In this document: positions 1-11,512 of the stretch, one piece after another | Layout: every line of letters begins with the position of its first letter | How positions within the stretch are numbered: position 1 is the first letter of the stretch | Assembly: GCF_018350175.1 (NCBI RefSeq) | Contig: NC_058368.1 | Coordinates: 181,910,001-181,974,000 of the forward strand | Reading direction: 5' to 3' | Length of the DNA stretch: 64,000 nt | DNA from: Felis catus | Taxonomy: Eukaryota | Position numbers and translations under genes: made by a program | The notes under the pieces: generated by a model | Told to the model about the DNA's origin: nothing | What the model saw: the letters and a program-made list of their open reading frames with translations, nothing else | Database searches by the model: none

Positions 1-199
1 GCTATCTGTCAGGCACTGGTATTCACTTTCATTATGTGACTGGATTTCATTTTTACAAAAATCATTTTTAAGACGAGGAGACTGAGGCATCAAACAGTTA
101 AAAAATTAATTCACATTTGATAAGAGAAGTGATTCTCACCATGCCTTACTTTTCTCCTTCTTAGATGTCTCTTTAAAAATTTACTATTCTTTTATTCCT

Positions 200-682
200 T
201 GTGGTAAACCTGATTATTGTTGCCAATTCATTACCCTTCCCTGTATCCATGTCTTTTGCTGTGTGACTTTGTAGTTCCTCTTTTGAAAGCTCAGTCTTAT
301 TTTCTTGCCCCATTTACATTGAGCTTGACTGCGTGACTTACTTTGCAAATGGAATATGGGATAAGTGACAAATGTTTCCAGAGCCCAGTCTTTAAGAAGC
401 ACTGGAAGTTTTTACTTGCCCCATCATATCATTCTGCCATCACCATGAGAATGGCATGTTCTAGCTAGCATCCTGAATCAAAGAGGGTGAGAGACACTTA
501 CAGCTAATCTTGATGCAGTCAATCACTTTGTACCAAGCCAGACAGTGAGAAAGTTAGGTGAGACAACATCTGCCTAGGTAACACACAAATAAGTAAGCAA
601 GAATAAACTATTAGTTTTATATGTCACTGATTTTTGGCATGGTTTGGTATGCAGCAATGCTGTGGCAATAGCAACTGATACA
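200..682 (+). mobile_element. MaLR solo LTR (MLT1H/I-like)
   Basis: TG...CA termini (tgtggtaaac...gcaactgataca), AATAAA, MLT1-type 3' end 'tatgcagcaatgctgtggcaatagcaactgataca'. Confidence 0.75.
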
Positions 683-1069
683 CTTAATGATTGTTCTTTG
701 CACTCATACCTAATTGCCTTCAGCAGATTATATATTCTAGAGTTGTTTACAGCCCTTGTAAAACATTTTGTAACCCTCCAAAGTAACTAATACAATGTCT
801 TACAGGGTGTTAGTGTCCAAACACTGTTGAATGAATAAATGTATATCTTCTTTCCTATTTCCCCAAATGTGCTGCTATGTGAGGCTTGCAAAATATGTAA
901 AATTACATAAATCTCATGTAATCAAAGGCTTATAAGATAAAATAATTTGTACTGGGTTTTCTATTTGTGGTACTTGTCATAGGAAGTTCCTAAAGTTTCC
1001 CTATTTAAAAGGTCACTTTTCCAAGAATTGAACTCTTTAAAACACTAGTGTGACCTCTTTAGAAAGGAA

Positions 1070-1250
1070 ATTTTGTATAGTGCAAAGAACCCAGCTTTGA
1101 TGTTATACATCAGTTTTGTTACTTTTTGGGAATGCCAACATGGGGAAAATCCACTGACCTTTCCAAGCCCAAGTTTCTCATAAAGTAGGGTAGTAGCATT
1201 ATTCCTCATGGACTTTTTTAATGCAGATTAGAATAAATGATACAGATAAA
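1070..1250 (+). mobile_element. MIR fragment
   Basis: Degenerate MIR core 'actgacctttccaagccccaagtttctcat...attcctcatggact...gattagaataaatgata'. Confidence 0.5.
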
Positions 1251-1510
1251 TGTCTACCTTTAATTAAAAAAAAATACTACTTATTGCAAACCTACTATAT
1301 GTAATAGGTCTTTTACTTAAAGCCAACACAGTATAAACGGGGAACATTATTCCAAAACATCAATTTTACTTGATCTCACCTAATGTATAATATTTTCATG
1401 AACTTTACAAAAAAAACCTGCAAGTAGATTTTTTACATACAGGTGTATTTGTGCTTGGTTTTCTTCAGAATTTTGAGTTCCCTTTTATACTTTGTGAGTA
1501 ATTGGGCTTT

Positions 1511-2168
1511 GTGAATAATTAGCCTGCAGGATGCCATAACAAATTACTACAGACTGGTTGGATTAAAGAACAGAAATGTATTTTCTCACATTTCCAAAAG
1601 TTGGAAGTCCAAGATGAAGGTACCAGTAGGGTTGCTTTATGGTGACACCACTCTCCTAGGCTTTTTGATGTGTCCTCACATGGTCTTTTCTTTATGTGTG
1701 CATGTGTGTACATCCACATCCAGAGAGAGAGAAAGAAAAAGAGAGAAACATGGTGTTTCTTTCTCTCTCTCTCTTTTTAAAAAATTATTTTAATGTTTAT
1801 TTTTGAGAGAGAGAGAGAGCAAGAGAGCGAGAGAGAGCGAGCATGAGCTGGGTAGGGGCAGAGATAGAGGAAGACACAGAATCCAAACCCAGGCTCCGAG
1901 CTGCCGGAACAGAGCCCAACGCAGAGCTTGAACTCATTAATTGTAAGATCATGACGTGAGCCAAAGTCGAACACTTAACTGACTGAGCAACCCAGGTGCC
2001 CCTATTTATCTTCTTATAAGAACATCATTTCTAACGGATTAAGTCTCGATTTTATGACTTCATTTAAACTTAATTACTTCTTTAAAGACCTTATCCCCAA
2101 ATACAGTCCTATTGGGGGTTAGGGCTTCAAACTAATACCTTATGAGGTGACACAAGTCAGTCCACAAG
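1511..2168 (-). mobile_element. MaLR solo LTR (MLT1B/C-like), split by a CanSINE
   Basis: 'gccataacaaattactacagactgg...tctcacatttcc...gaagtccaagat' and 'ccccaaatacagtc...ggggttagggcttcaa' match the MLT1 reverse complement. Confidence 0.8.
1775..2002 (-). mobile_element. CanSINE (SINEC)
   Basis: T-rich tail, (GA)n tract, ends 'gactgagcaacccaggtgcccc' (reverse complement of the CanSINE head). Confidence 0.95.
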
Positions 2169-2169
2169 A

Positions 2170-4298
2170 GTAGGGAAAGATGGTTTTTCAAATAAGTCCA
2201 GAAATCCTTTGATATTCTCTTTTCAAGAGGTAGAGCTTGGTTCTTCTCATCCTGAATGTAGGCTGGATTTATAACTTACTTCTAATGAATAAAATATGGC
2301 AGAAGTAATGGTATGTCATTCCAAGATTATAAAAAGGTTGCAGCTTCAACTTGCATGCTCTATCTCATTTTCATATTATACATATCACCCTCTTGGATCA
2401 TTTGATACAAGAAGAAGCCAACTGCCATGGAGAGACCCAAATAAAGAACAGTTGTCCTTTAACCAAGACCCAGTGAGGAACTGAAACAATATGAGTGAAC
2501 TTGAAAGTGGATTCTCCAACCCCAGTCAAACCTTCAGATGACTACAGCCATAGGGAGAGTTGACAACAACCTAATAATTTCTAAGAGTTGATTCAATCAC
2601 TTCCGGTTTTCTTCTCATTCCTTACAGCAAAATGTCTGAGAAGAAAAATAAAGAGAAAACTATTAAACTCGAAGGAACCCGGATTTGATTGTTTTGAAAA
2701 TTCTCAGACATTCCAGATGGCTAACGATTATAAAATTAAGAAATGACTTCTCATCAAGGAGCATATACAAACTGTTGTAAGAAAAAACTATTCTAGATAC
2801 ACAGCCAAATGAGTGACTGTACAGTTATTTTATAAGGCCTCAGAAAAAGTTATAGCAGTACATCTAAGTTTCTGTTGGTCAGATAGATAAGAGACCCACT
2901 AAAGATATCAATTGTCTCAGAGACCCTCTCAATCAAACAATAGTAGTGCTGGGATCCTAAGAGCATTGCCCATTAGTAGTCTCAGCAGGATGCTAAGGTA
3001 GAGAGGGGCTTATTATGAAGTAATTCAGGTGCTGCATTTGTTTACTAGTGTGACCCTCAGTAAGATTCACACCAATAAGATTTTTAAAAGAATTATATAT
3101 GCAGAAACATTGCCAGCTTGAAATGAAAGGACAGAGAATATATAAAATGAAAAGAGGGCTTCCAAATGAAATAAATGAAAGGAAGTCTGTCGGACCTCCA
3201 AAATTCTACTGTCAGAAAGCAGGATGAGAAAACTACCCAAGGACAAACATTCTACATGTCTTGAAAAAGGAAGGAGGAAAGAGAACAAGGAGACCAGATG
3301 GTAGAGTTGAAAGCCATGGACAATTATTTCCAAACCTTGAGAACGTATTAGTGAATCTCTAACATTTGTCTAGCTGGATCTCACAATAGCCATGGACCAG
3401 TGACATTTTGTGCCTCTTATTTTCACCCATTTGGGTCACATATGCATATACTGGTTATCCTAAGCCTGCCTCATCATTATATGCATCTATGTGTACTATG
3501 TGTGTTGGGTGTAGATAGCATATGCCTTTAGTATCATAAGTAGAACAAAACTACTCAAGCAGTCTGTACTTAAGGAACTAAATCCTAAGAGTCTTATCCA
3601 CACTTGGACTCAATTTAGATGATAAGATTCTGGATTTAGCAGAGGCTGCAGTGGCATGAGATTTCTGGAGGCCTTGAGAGGGCGTGTATATTTTATATGT
3701 GATAGGAATACAAATTGCAGACTAAGGAAGACTTGGTGGTTTTACAAATATATCCAGAAATTCTTTGATACTCATCTCTTCAGAAAAAAAAAAGGAGCTT
3801 AATTCCTTTTTCCTGGAGTGTGGGCTTATTGGGCTCCTTGAATGTCAGTAGTTTATTTCTAATAAATAAAATACAGCAAGAGTAACAGGTTGTCATTTCC
3901 GAGGTTAGGTTATAAAAAGGGCTGTGTCTTCTGTGTTGGATGTTTTTTTCTTGTTCCTCTGCTCTGATGCTTCCTTCTCAGATCACTCATTCTGGGGGAA
4001 GCCAACCACTATGAAGAGACTCACGTGATGAGACTTAGTGGCCTCAAGGCCAACAGCCACCATGGAATTGAAGCTTTGCAACAGCCTCACCTCAGCTCAG
4101 AAGCAGGATCTTTAGTCTCAGTAGCATCTCAGTGGCTGATGTCTGACTACAATCTCATGAGACATTCTAAGCCAGAGTCACCCAGCTAAGCTCTTCTGGA
4201 TTCCTGACCCTCAGAAACCATGAGATAATAAATGTCTGCTATTTTAAGCTGCTAAATGTTGGATGTCATTTGTTATGCTTCAAAATATGACTGATACA
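2170..4298 (+). mobile_element. MaLR element: 5' LTR (3'-truncated, ~2170-2575), internal region (~2580-3732), 3' LTR (~3733-4298); MLT1F/G-like
   Basis: Two homologous direct LTRs ('tccagaaatcctttgata' / 'tccagaaattctttgata'; 'ttctaatgaataaaat' / 'ttctaataaataaaat'); MLT-int-like interior; ends 'gactgataca'. Confidence 0.75.
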
Positions 4299-5669
4299 GA
4301 GGAAACCCTTAAACAATCATGTATAGCTAAATCTTACTATACTCCTTCTGTACATAAAAAAGCTGAAGTATCAAAATGTGAATGTATTCTCCCTATCCAC
4401 ATAGCTAATAAATATCAGGATAAAGGTCTAAATTCACATCGTTGTGACTTAGAAAGAAACAAAAAAGATAAATTTTGTATAAACAAAAATAAAATAAACT
4501 GAAGCCACAATCCTTTCTAACAATAATGTTTGGGCTGACACAGAAAGTCCAATAATGACATATAAGACTACCATCTGCTTAAGGGGTGGGTAAGGTGGTG
4601 GGCAGGCAGGGGAATGTGTAAATCTATATACCACAGGGGCCAGGACATCTGGTAAAAAAAAAGAGGAGAGCCTTTCCTTCTCTATTCCAGCTTTCCCAAT
4701 TATGTTAATTGTAACAGAACTTGGCTTCCTGGAAATGCAGACCTAGTGAGGCATTTGACACACTGTAAAATTTAAGTTCAAAAGTAAAATTGTTTAATGA
4801 ATGCACATCCTACTCCTTATTCATTATGCAAAGTCGGGTTGTAGAGTTTTTCAATATGTACTCTAATTCCCTTTAAGAAATGTGATTCCACATTCCTCAT
4901 ATGAGCACAAAGTGGGGGGGAAGACATTCTGCTGGAAGAGGCTTTGGGGTCAGTTAGAAATTCTCAGTTCTGTTTTTAAAAGGAAAATATAATCCCCTTT
5001 TCTCAGCTATTGTGTTTTATTCTGTTGAAGGTTGATGGCTGTAAAACACTATACCTCCCCTTCAACTTTTCCAAATAACTTGATTAGACAGAAATAATCT
5101 CTTATGCTTTCATGCACAAATTTAGGAGTGACCCAGAACAAACGAGTTTCCTTCCATCACCATAGCAACCAGGACTATGGAAAAATGCCATACTAGGCTA
5201 TGCAAGTCAGATTTTATTCCTTTGATGTTAATTAACAAATTGCTTTCAGAAAATCAATGAGTTCCCCTGCTCCCCTTTAAATATTTGTGATATATTTTTT
5301 AATACTTCCTAAATTGGCAGAGATACAGATGGGAGAGACAGTGAATAGGACAGAGCACTACCTTTTCCTGGTGTAACACATAGATGATTAAGAATGCAAG
5401 AGTGCACTTGGCCAAGAGTAGAATCCACTTGGGCCTCTTGGGTATTGAGATGCAAACTTAAATTCATGTTTTCCTACTATACAAGTTTCCTTCCTCTCAG
5501 AAAGTGGCGGCTGCTCCCTTTTCAGAAAGAAGAAATATAGAAAAGTTAAACAAAAGAGCTATTGCAAAGAAAAATTGTTGCAGAAACCTGTATTTAGATT
5601 CCTCTATTCTCCTCATCTGCTCCTGGAAATGTAAAATTTCTCAAGGGCAATTTAGTGACTTTTACCAAG

Positions 5670-5900
5670 TCTTTACACACCCTTTCACTCAGAAATTCAA
5701 CTCCTAGAGGATTGAAGGAGATACTCCAAGAAAGTTACATAAATAAATGTACATGCATATTCTTAACAGTGATGTTTATAAGACATTTTTAAAGTTGAAA
5801 AATATTCTGAATGACAATGAGGGATTAAAGTAATTGAAGTGTGTTTTTAGAGAAAATAGGCATTATTAAAGTTTAAGCGGAAAAAGCACGTTAAAAAATA
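5670..5900 (+). mobile_element. Old L1 (L1ME-like) 3' fragment
   Basis: 'cagaaattcaactcctagagg...atgtacatgcatattcttaacagtgatgtttataa' resembles the degenerate end of L1 ORF2. Confidence 0.45.
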
Positions 5901-5907
5901 TTATTGA

Positions 5908-6120
5908 GGGGCGCCTAGGTGGCTCAGTCGTTGAGCGTCCAACATCAGCTCAGGTCACTATCTCACTGTCTGTGAGTTTGAGCCCCACATCAGGCTCTGT
6001 GCTGACAGCTCAGAGCCTGGAGCCTGCTTTGGATTCTGTGTCTCCCTCTCTCTGCCCCTCCCCTGCTCACACACACTTTCTCTCTCTCTCTCTCAAAATA
6101 AATAAAGTATTTAAAAAAAA
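5908..6120 (+). mobile_element. CanSINE (felid SINEC_Fc2-like)
   Basis: ggggcgcctaggtggctcagtcg head, (CT)n, AATAAA and A tail; imperfect TSD aaaaa(t/g)attattga. Confidence 0.95.
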
Positions 6121-6349
6121 GATTATTGAGATGATACATTTAAAAGACATTTAGTATCCAAGTCAAAGTTCTAGAAGTTTGCAAACAAATAAACAAACAA
6201 AAAACATCCAGTGAGCGGTTTTCTCTTTGTATGTTTTCTGAGGTTTGTATCTGTGTTACTGTATATATGTGGTAGGATATAAAATGATTTTGCAGAAATA
6301 TATGAAAGACGTAGTTACATGTAATAAGTGTTTTAATTAATACACACCT

Positions 6350-6897
6350 ATCTTTTTTACTAGATAACAAAACTTTATTCAAATATGTAATATCACTGAT
6401 CCCAAGAAGTCTCTCCAATCTATTCATTGTAATGAGATGTGATACAATTCAAAAAGTGTATACTTCAAATTGGCTTATTAAGTTATTGATAAAGTTATTA
6501 AAAACTATCATTTTCAAACATACTGAATCTTACAGAAAAATTGTATCTGTTTATAAGTAACAAAAATAATTCCTTGATAAGATGATGTAAGGGTCAGGAA
6601 AAATGCATAAAAGTGAACAGAGTATCTATTTAGCTCCAATATGAAAACTGAAAAATTGTATAAACAAAATCCATGAGGAACAACTATTTTCAAGTTAATT
6701 CTGACCAGCATAACCACTTCATTTAAAGGCATCCTGTGAGAAAGACCAATATACAAAACTAACTGAAATATACAAAACTAACGGTGAGAAAGACCAATAT
6801 ACAAAACTAACTAACTAACAGGTGGTCCAGTTGAACAGCTGACTGAGCCAATAGAAGCCTGCTCACCTTCCTCTATGAACAAAGTTTGAAAACCACT
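6350..6897 (-). mobile_element. Probable hAT-Charlie DNA transposon relic
   Basis: Terminus 'aaagtttgaaaaccact' is the reverse complement of a Charlie-type TIR (CAGTGGTTTTCAAACT); interior weakly resembles a transposase C-terminus. Confidence 0.4.
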
Positions 6898-6921
6898 TTG
6901 GTAGAAAAGAGCTTCTACATT

Positions 6922-7722
6922 CAGATGGCTAACAGATACATGAAAAGATGCTCAACATCACTCATCATCAGGGAAATACAAATCAAAACCACCATGAGAT
7001 ACCATCTCACCCCTGTCAGAAAGGCTAAAATTAACAACACAGGAAACAATGGATGTTGAGAACCTGGAGAAAGGGAAACCTTCTTACATTGTTGGTGGGA
7101 ATACAAACTGGTACAGCCACTCTGGAAGACAGTATGGAGGTTCCTCAAAAAAGTTAAAAATAGAACTTCCCTACCACCCAGCAACTGCACTACTAGGTAG
7201 TTACCCAAAGGACACAAAAATACTGATTTGAAAGGGCACATGCACTCCAATGTTTATAGCAGCCTTATCAACAACAGCCAAATTATGGAAAGAGCCTAAA
7301 CTTCCATCGACTGATGAATGGACAAAGAAGATGTGGTACACATATACAATGGAATTACTCAGCCATCAGAAAGAATGATATCTTATCATTTGCAATGATG
7401 TGGATCGAGCTAGAGCGTATTATGCTAAGTGAAATAAATCAGAGAAAGACAAATATCATATGATTTCACTCACATGTGGAATTTAAGAACCAAAACAAAT
7501 GAACACAGGGTAAGGGGGAAAGAAAGAGAAGGAGGCAAACCATAAAAGACTCTTAATGACAGAGAACAAACTGAAGGTTGGGGGAGGAAGGTGGGGAATG
7601 GGTATTAAGGAAAGCACTTGTGATGAGCACTGGGTGTTGTATGTAAGTGATGAATCACTAAATTCTAGACTTGCAACAAATATTACAGTATATGTTAACC
7701 AGAATTTAAACAAAAACTTTAA
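6922..7722 (+). mobile_element. 5'-truncated carnivore L1 (ORF2 end, 3' UTR, A tail)
   Basis: Encodes [36 protein letters not shown] aaaagagcttctacatt (6905-6921) / aaaaaagcttctatatt (7723-7739). Confidence 0.95.
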
Positions 7723-7914
7723 AAAAAAGCTTCTATATTTCCACCCCTGTTCATTCCTGCCTTATTCTTATCAGAGAGTTTCGAACTATGTCAGGCTATC
7801 GAGGCTCTTGCAACAATAGCAGCAGTCTCTACTGCACTGCACACATAATTAACCACTTTGCACCTGAGTTTCCTTGGCTATAGAAATGAATGGTTGAACT
7901 AGATAATTTCTATA

Positions 7915-8488
7915 TATGGCAGGCATTCTCTGAAGTGGCCCCCAGTGAACTACCTCTTGGTTTCCATGTGCTTTGTAAATCCCTCTCTTTGGTTCCAGCT
8001 CTTTGAGTGTAGGCTGGACCTAGCAATGTAATGAAAAGAGAAATAAGAAAGATAGGTGGTACTTCTGAGATTATGGTACAAATGCTGTGATCTCTCTTTC
8101 TCTCTCTCTCATTCATATTCTCTCTTTCTCATTCATAATCTCTCTCTCTCTCTCCTTCATGCTTTTACTGTCTTAAAAGGAATCTTCCAAGTTGTGAATA
8201 GCCCTAGGGAGAAGTCCATATGGCAAGGAACTGATTTTTCTGGCTAAGAGCCAGCAAGAACCAGAGTCCTGCCAATGGCAATGTGAGTGAACGTGGAAGG
8301 GATGCTTCCTCCCCTGAAATGAATGAATTCCCAGGCAACACTTTGTAGCCTTCTGAGAGACTGTGAGGAGAGGACCAGCTAAAAGTGCCTGAATTCTCAA
8401 CCCACAAAAGCTTAAACTAATAAATGCTTGTTGTTTTAAGCAGTACAGTTTGGGGGTAATTTATTACATGGCCATGGACAACTACACA
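7915..8488 (+). mobile_element. MaLR solo LTR (MLT1E-like)
   Basis: 'tgagtgtaggctggacctag', 'aataaatgcttgttgttttaagc...tttgggggtaatttattaca...acaactacaca'. Confidence 0.75.
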
Positions 8489-10246
8489 TAACAAATAACC
8501 GTTCCTTTTATTTCTAAGGTTCTTTTTTTTTAAAAAAACAGGTATTTAATGAGCATTTGTGGTTGTCTATGAATGCAAAGGAAAGCTCAATAATTTAAGG
8601 AAAAATTTACTCTGATTTTGAATTTTAATTACCCTTTGGAAAATCCATTATTCTTGGTTTTAATCCTAATCCTTTAGATACTGGAATGAACTATAGATAC
8701 TGAGCCTGCCTCCGAATCAGACATTCCCCTCTCCTTCTGTCCTTTACAGTATCTGATACAGAAGATGCTGACATTTTGTATTAGGGATCCCATTGCTACT
8801 ACTGCTGGTGAAGCTGAATTCAGCTTGGAGCAGAAACCATTCTCTTCTCTCGAAAAGTATAAACCCAGAGGCCCTTTAAGAATGAAAGTGATGACTGAGG
8901 ATATTTTGGCCAAATCAAATTGTGTGAATGTAAAGAGAAGCCATGTTCGTCCAATACTTTGTGTGGCCTAAGCTCATAGTTTGGGCCCAGTGACCATGAC
9001 TGATTTGGGTCTTTGTGAACTATCAGTCAAAATAAATTCTGTTAATATGCTATTTTTGTATAGTCTCTGATTGTTAGGAGATATTTTATTTTGTAGCCCA
9101 TTAATTAGATTAATTATTATATGTTACTCCTTCAAGTCCCCGCCCTCACATTGTATAATCTCCTTGAAGAAAAATTCAGTACTTTCTCTACCTTTACAAA
9201 ATGAAACAATAAGCATTAAAGAGGTATTTAAACTGCAAATGCTATATGAAAGAATAGGATTATTATTTTGTATATTTCCTAGTGCCAATTACTTTGTTAC
9301 CCTAAGAAGCATTCCATTATTATTTGTTGAATGAAATAATACTCTAATATAAAACACACTATTCTCTCTTCCAAAAATTTCAGTCTCACTCCCACCTGCA
9401 AATAAAGTATAACTGTTTCCACCAGTTGTTTTTTTCTTTAGAATCCTAGTTAGAACAACCAACTCTAACATCAAAACAACTCTAGCACATGAGACAAATT
9501 TCCTAATAAAACATGTAATAAACAATATCAATTTAACCACACAAAAAATCCCATCTTCTTTTGTGATGTGCCTCTGAGCGCTTTTTCTGTGGACCACACA
9601 TATAGCTCTACCTGTCCGTTGCATATTAATATTCACATGTGGGGAAAGATGAAAATTCCCTCTATGTAGTTTAATGTGGAACTAGAGGTACCTGCGCAAA
9701 GTTAGTTGTCTTTGCTTTTGATCTGTAAGTTTGGAAGACATGAAGACAATTTCCTGGCTTCTGGCTGATAGGCCTGCTCTTTGGAAAAACTGCATGGTGG
9801 AAGAGAGTTATGAAGACTCTTGACATCATATGATGGTGTCAGAAAAACAGAAAGTCACATTAGTAGGTGATTATGCTGACAATCAACCAGAGTAACCTAG
9901 CACCCACTTTTGATTAGATATTAGATGATGGAATTGACAGACTCAAGATGGATTATGAAGATGTGCAACAGAGTGGCACCACAAATGAGCGAAACTGACA
10001 TGAATTTCCCTTCTGGAGTGTATTCAGCGATGCCTAATTTTTCTAAAGCTGAAAAGCAAAACCCAGGTATATTACTTAGCATAGCTTCTTCACTATGATA
10101 ACCTATTTTCTTCCTATTTTCTTATAAGAGAAAACATTAGAGTTTCTAAAAGCAGATACTTAATGAAACAATACATCCTAATACCAAATATGAGATGGGA
10201 TTTAGAAGATTACTATTTAATTCTCCTTACTTTGGGAGCTTTTTAA

Positions 10247-10344
10247 ATATATATCTATATCTATATCTATCTATATACATATAGATAGATATAGATATAT
10301 AGATATATAGATATATAGATATATAGATATATAGATATATATAT
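10247..10344. repeat. AT-rich (TATC)/(GATATATA)n repeat containing an inverted repeat
   Basis: Read directly from the sequence. Confidence 0.9.
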
Positions 10345-10449
10345 GTATAATTCTTAAACTGTAAGCTGCTATAACGGTTGTTTACAAATCACTTAACTTA
10401 CTCACATAGGAAGCCAAATATTAAAATGCGTCAAAAAAGAGCAGCCACC

Positions 10450-10565
10450 AGTCTTTGCTGCATATTAATTCACCTGGGGAAAATTTTCAGAATAGAGATT
10501 CCACAGACCATATTGAATGAGAAACTCCAGGGATGAGAGCCAGAAATGTGTATTTCTAAAAGTTG
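10450..10565. mobile_element. MER5-like hAT-Charlie MITE
   Basis: 'tgctgcatattaattcacctgggg...gaaactccagggatgagagccagaaatgtgtatttctaaa'. Confidence 0.6.
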
Positions 10566-11053
10566 AAGAATTCATTAAAATATATACCTGGGCATCTTGA
10601 TGGAACAAAAAGGGAATTCAATGCTTGAATCTATGTTTCTGTCCAGAAAACTACTACCTCATTCCTGCCTTCTCTAAAGCCAGTGATTTTTTTTCCCGAA
10701 ACTATATCTCCATCTTGTAATACACCACCCGCCATCCCCACTTTCTGGAGCATACATGCTCAAAATGATGCTTCCTTCCAAGCACCAGAAAGACTCTGGT
10801 TCCTATGGGTTTCTGAGTAATACATGCTCCCAGACATCTGAGACTTGTCTGGATTTGTCTCTGGGAAGGTTCTCTTCTCTTCTGCTAGTATCTTAAAGGA
10901 AGAAGTGAAAGGAACTTGTAGGTGAATGGAATCTGCTCCCCAAGTTTATCTGTGATCCATCTGTCATTTGCATCAATTTAGCCTTCTCTGGGGGCTGTTA
11001 ATCAACAGGCCTGAAAAAAATATTACTTTTTGTCAACAAAAAGTTGTTTCTTT

Positions 11054-11512
11054 TGTTGAGAGACAATTCTCTGTTTCTGCACGTTTCCTATCAATTTTTA
11101 TTCTATCGTTTTCAAGGATGTTTATATAGCAAAGAAAATTAGAAGACAGAGATGCTGTCTCTCTCTGGGGCAGAAGGCAGATTTGTTTCCTGACTAGGAT
11201 AATGAAGATAACATCTTCCTTTGGGCAAAGGTTGAGAAGGCCCAGCGCTTTATAAAACTGGGGGTTTTCTAAGCTTTGGACTCCTCAGCTGTGGTAAAGT
11301 CCACTGTGTGGGCAACATCCACCCTGGCCACTCCACACTGCCCTTGGGGTCAAGGGGACCCAGTGAGAATATCAAATTCAGGATTCTTGCTGTATCCCAT
11401 GAGTAATACACTTTTTTTTTTTCCTGAGCCATAAGTCTTGTGTGACAGTACCCATGGAATAGTAGCTGACTAACTTGTTAATAAATTAGGACTAAATTAT
11501 AAGCCCTTCACA
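11054..11512 (+). mobile_element. ERV1-class solo LTR (MER34-like)
   Basis: TG...CA termini, TATA-like 'tttataaaa', polyA-like signal; shares motifs with 59537-60011. Confidence 0.6.

Noticed and set aside
6736..6820. CRISPR-like repeat-spacer array
   Set aside because: Only two full copies, the spacer is itself a partial repeat, the context is mammalian and there are no cas genes.
8811..8826. 16-bp perfect palindrome aagctgaattcagctt (also tacacagtactgtgta at 12749-12764)
   Set aside because: About one such palindrome is expected by chance in 64 kb (64000/4^8).
9930..10000. CR1/L3 fragment
   Set aside because: The resemblance is limited to one short degenerate stretch and cannot be supported by eye.
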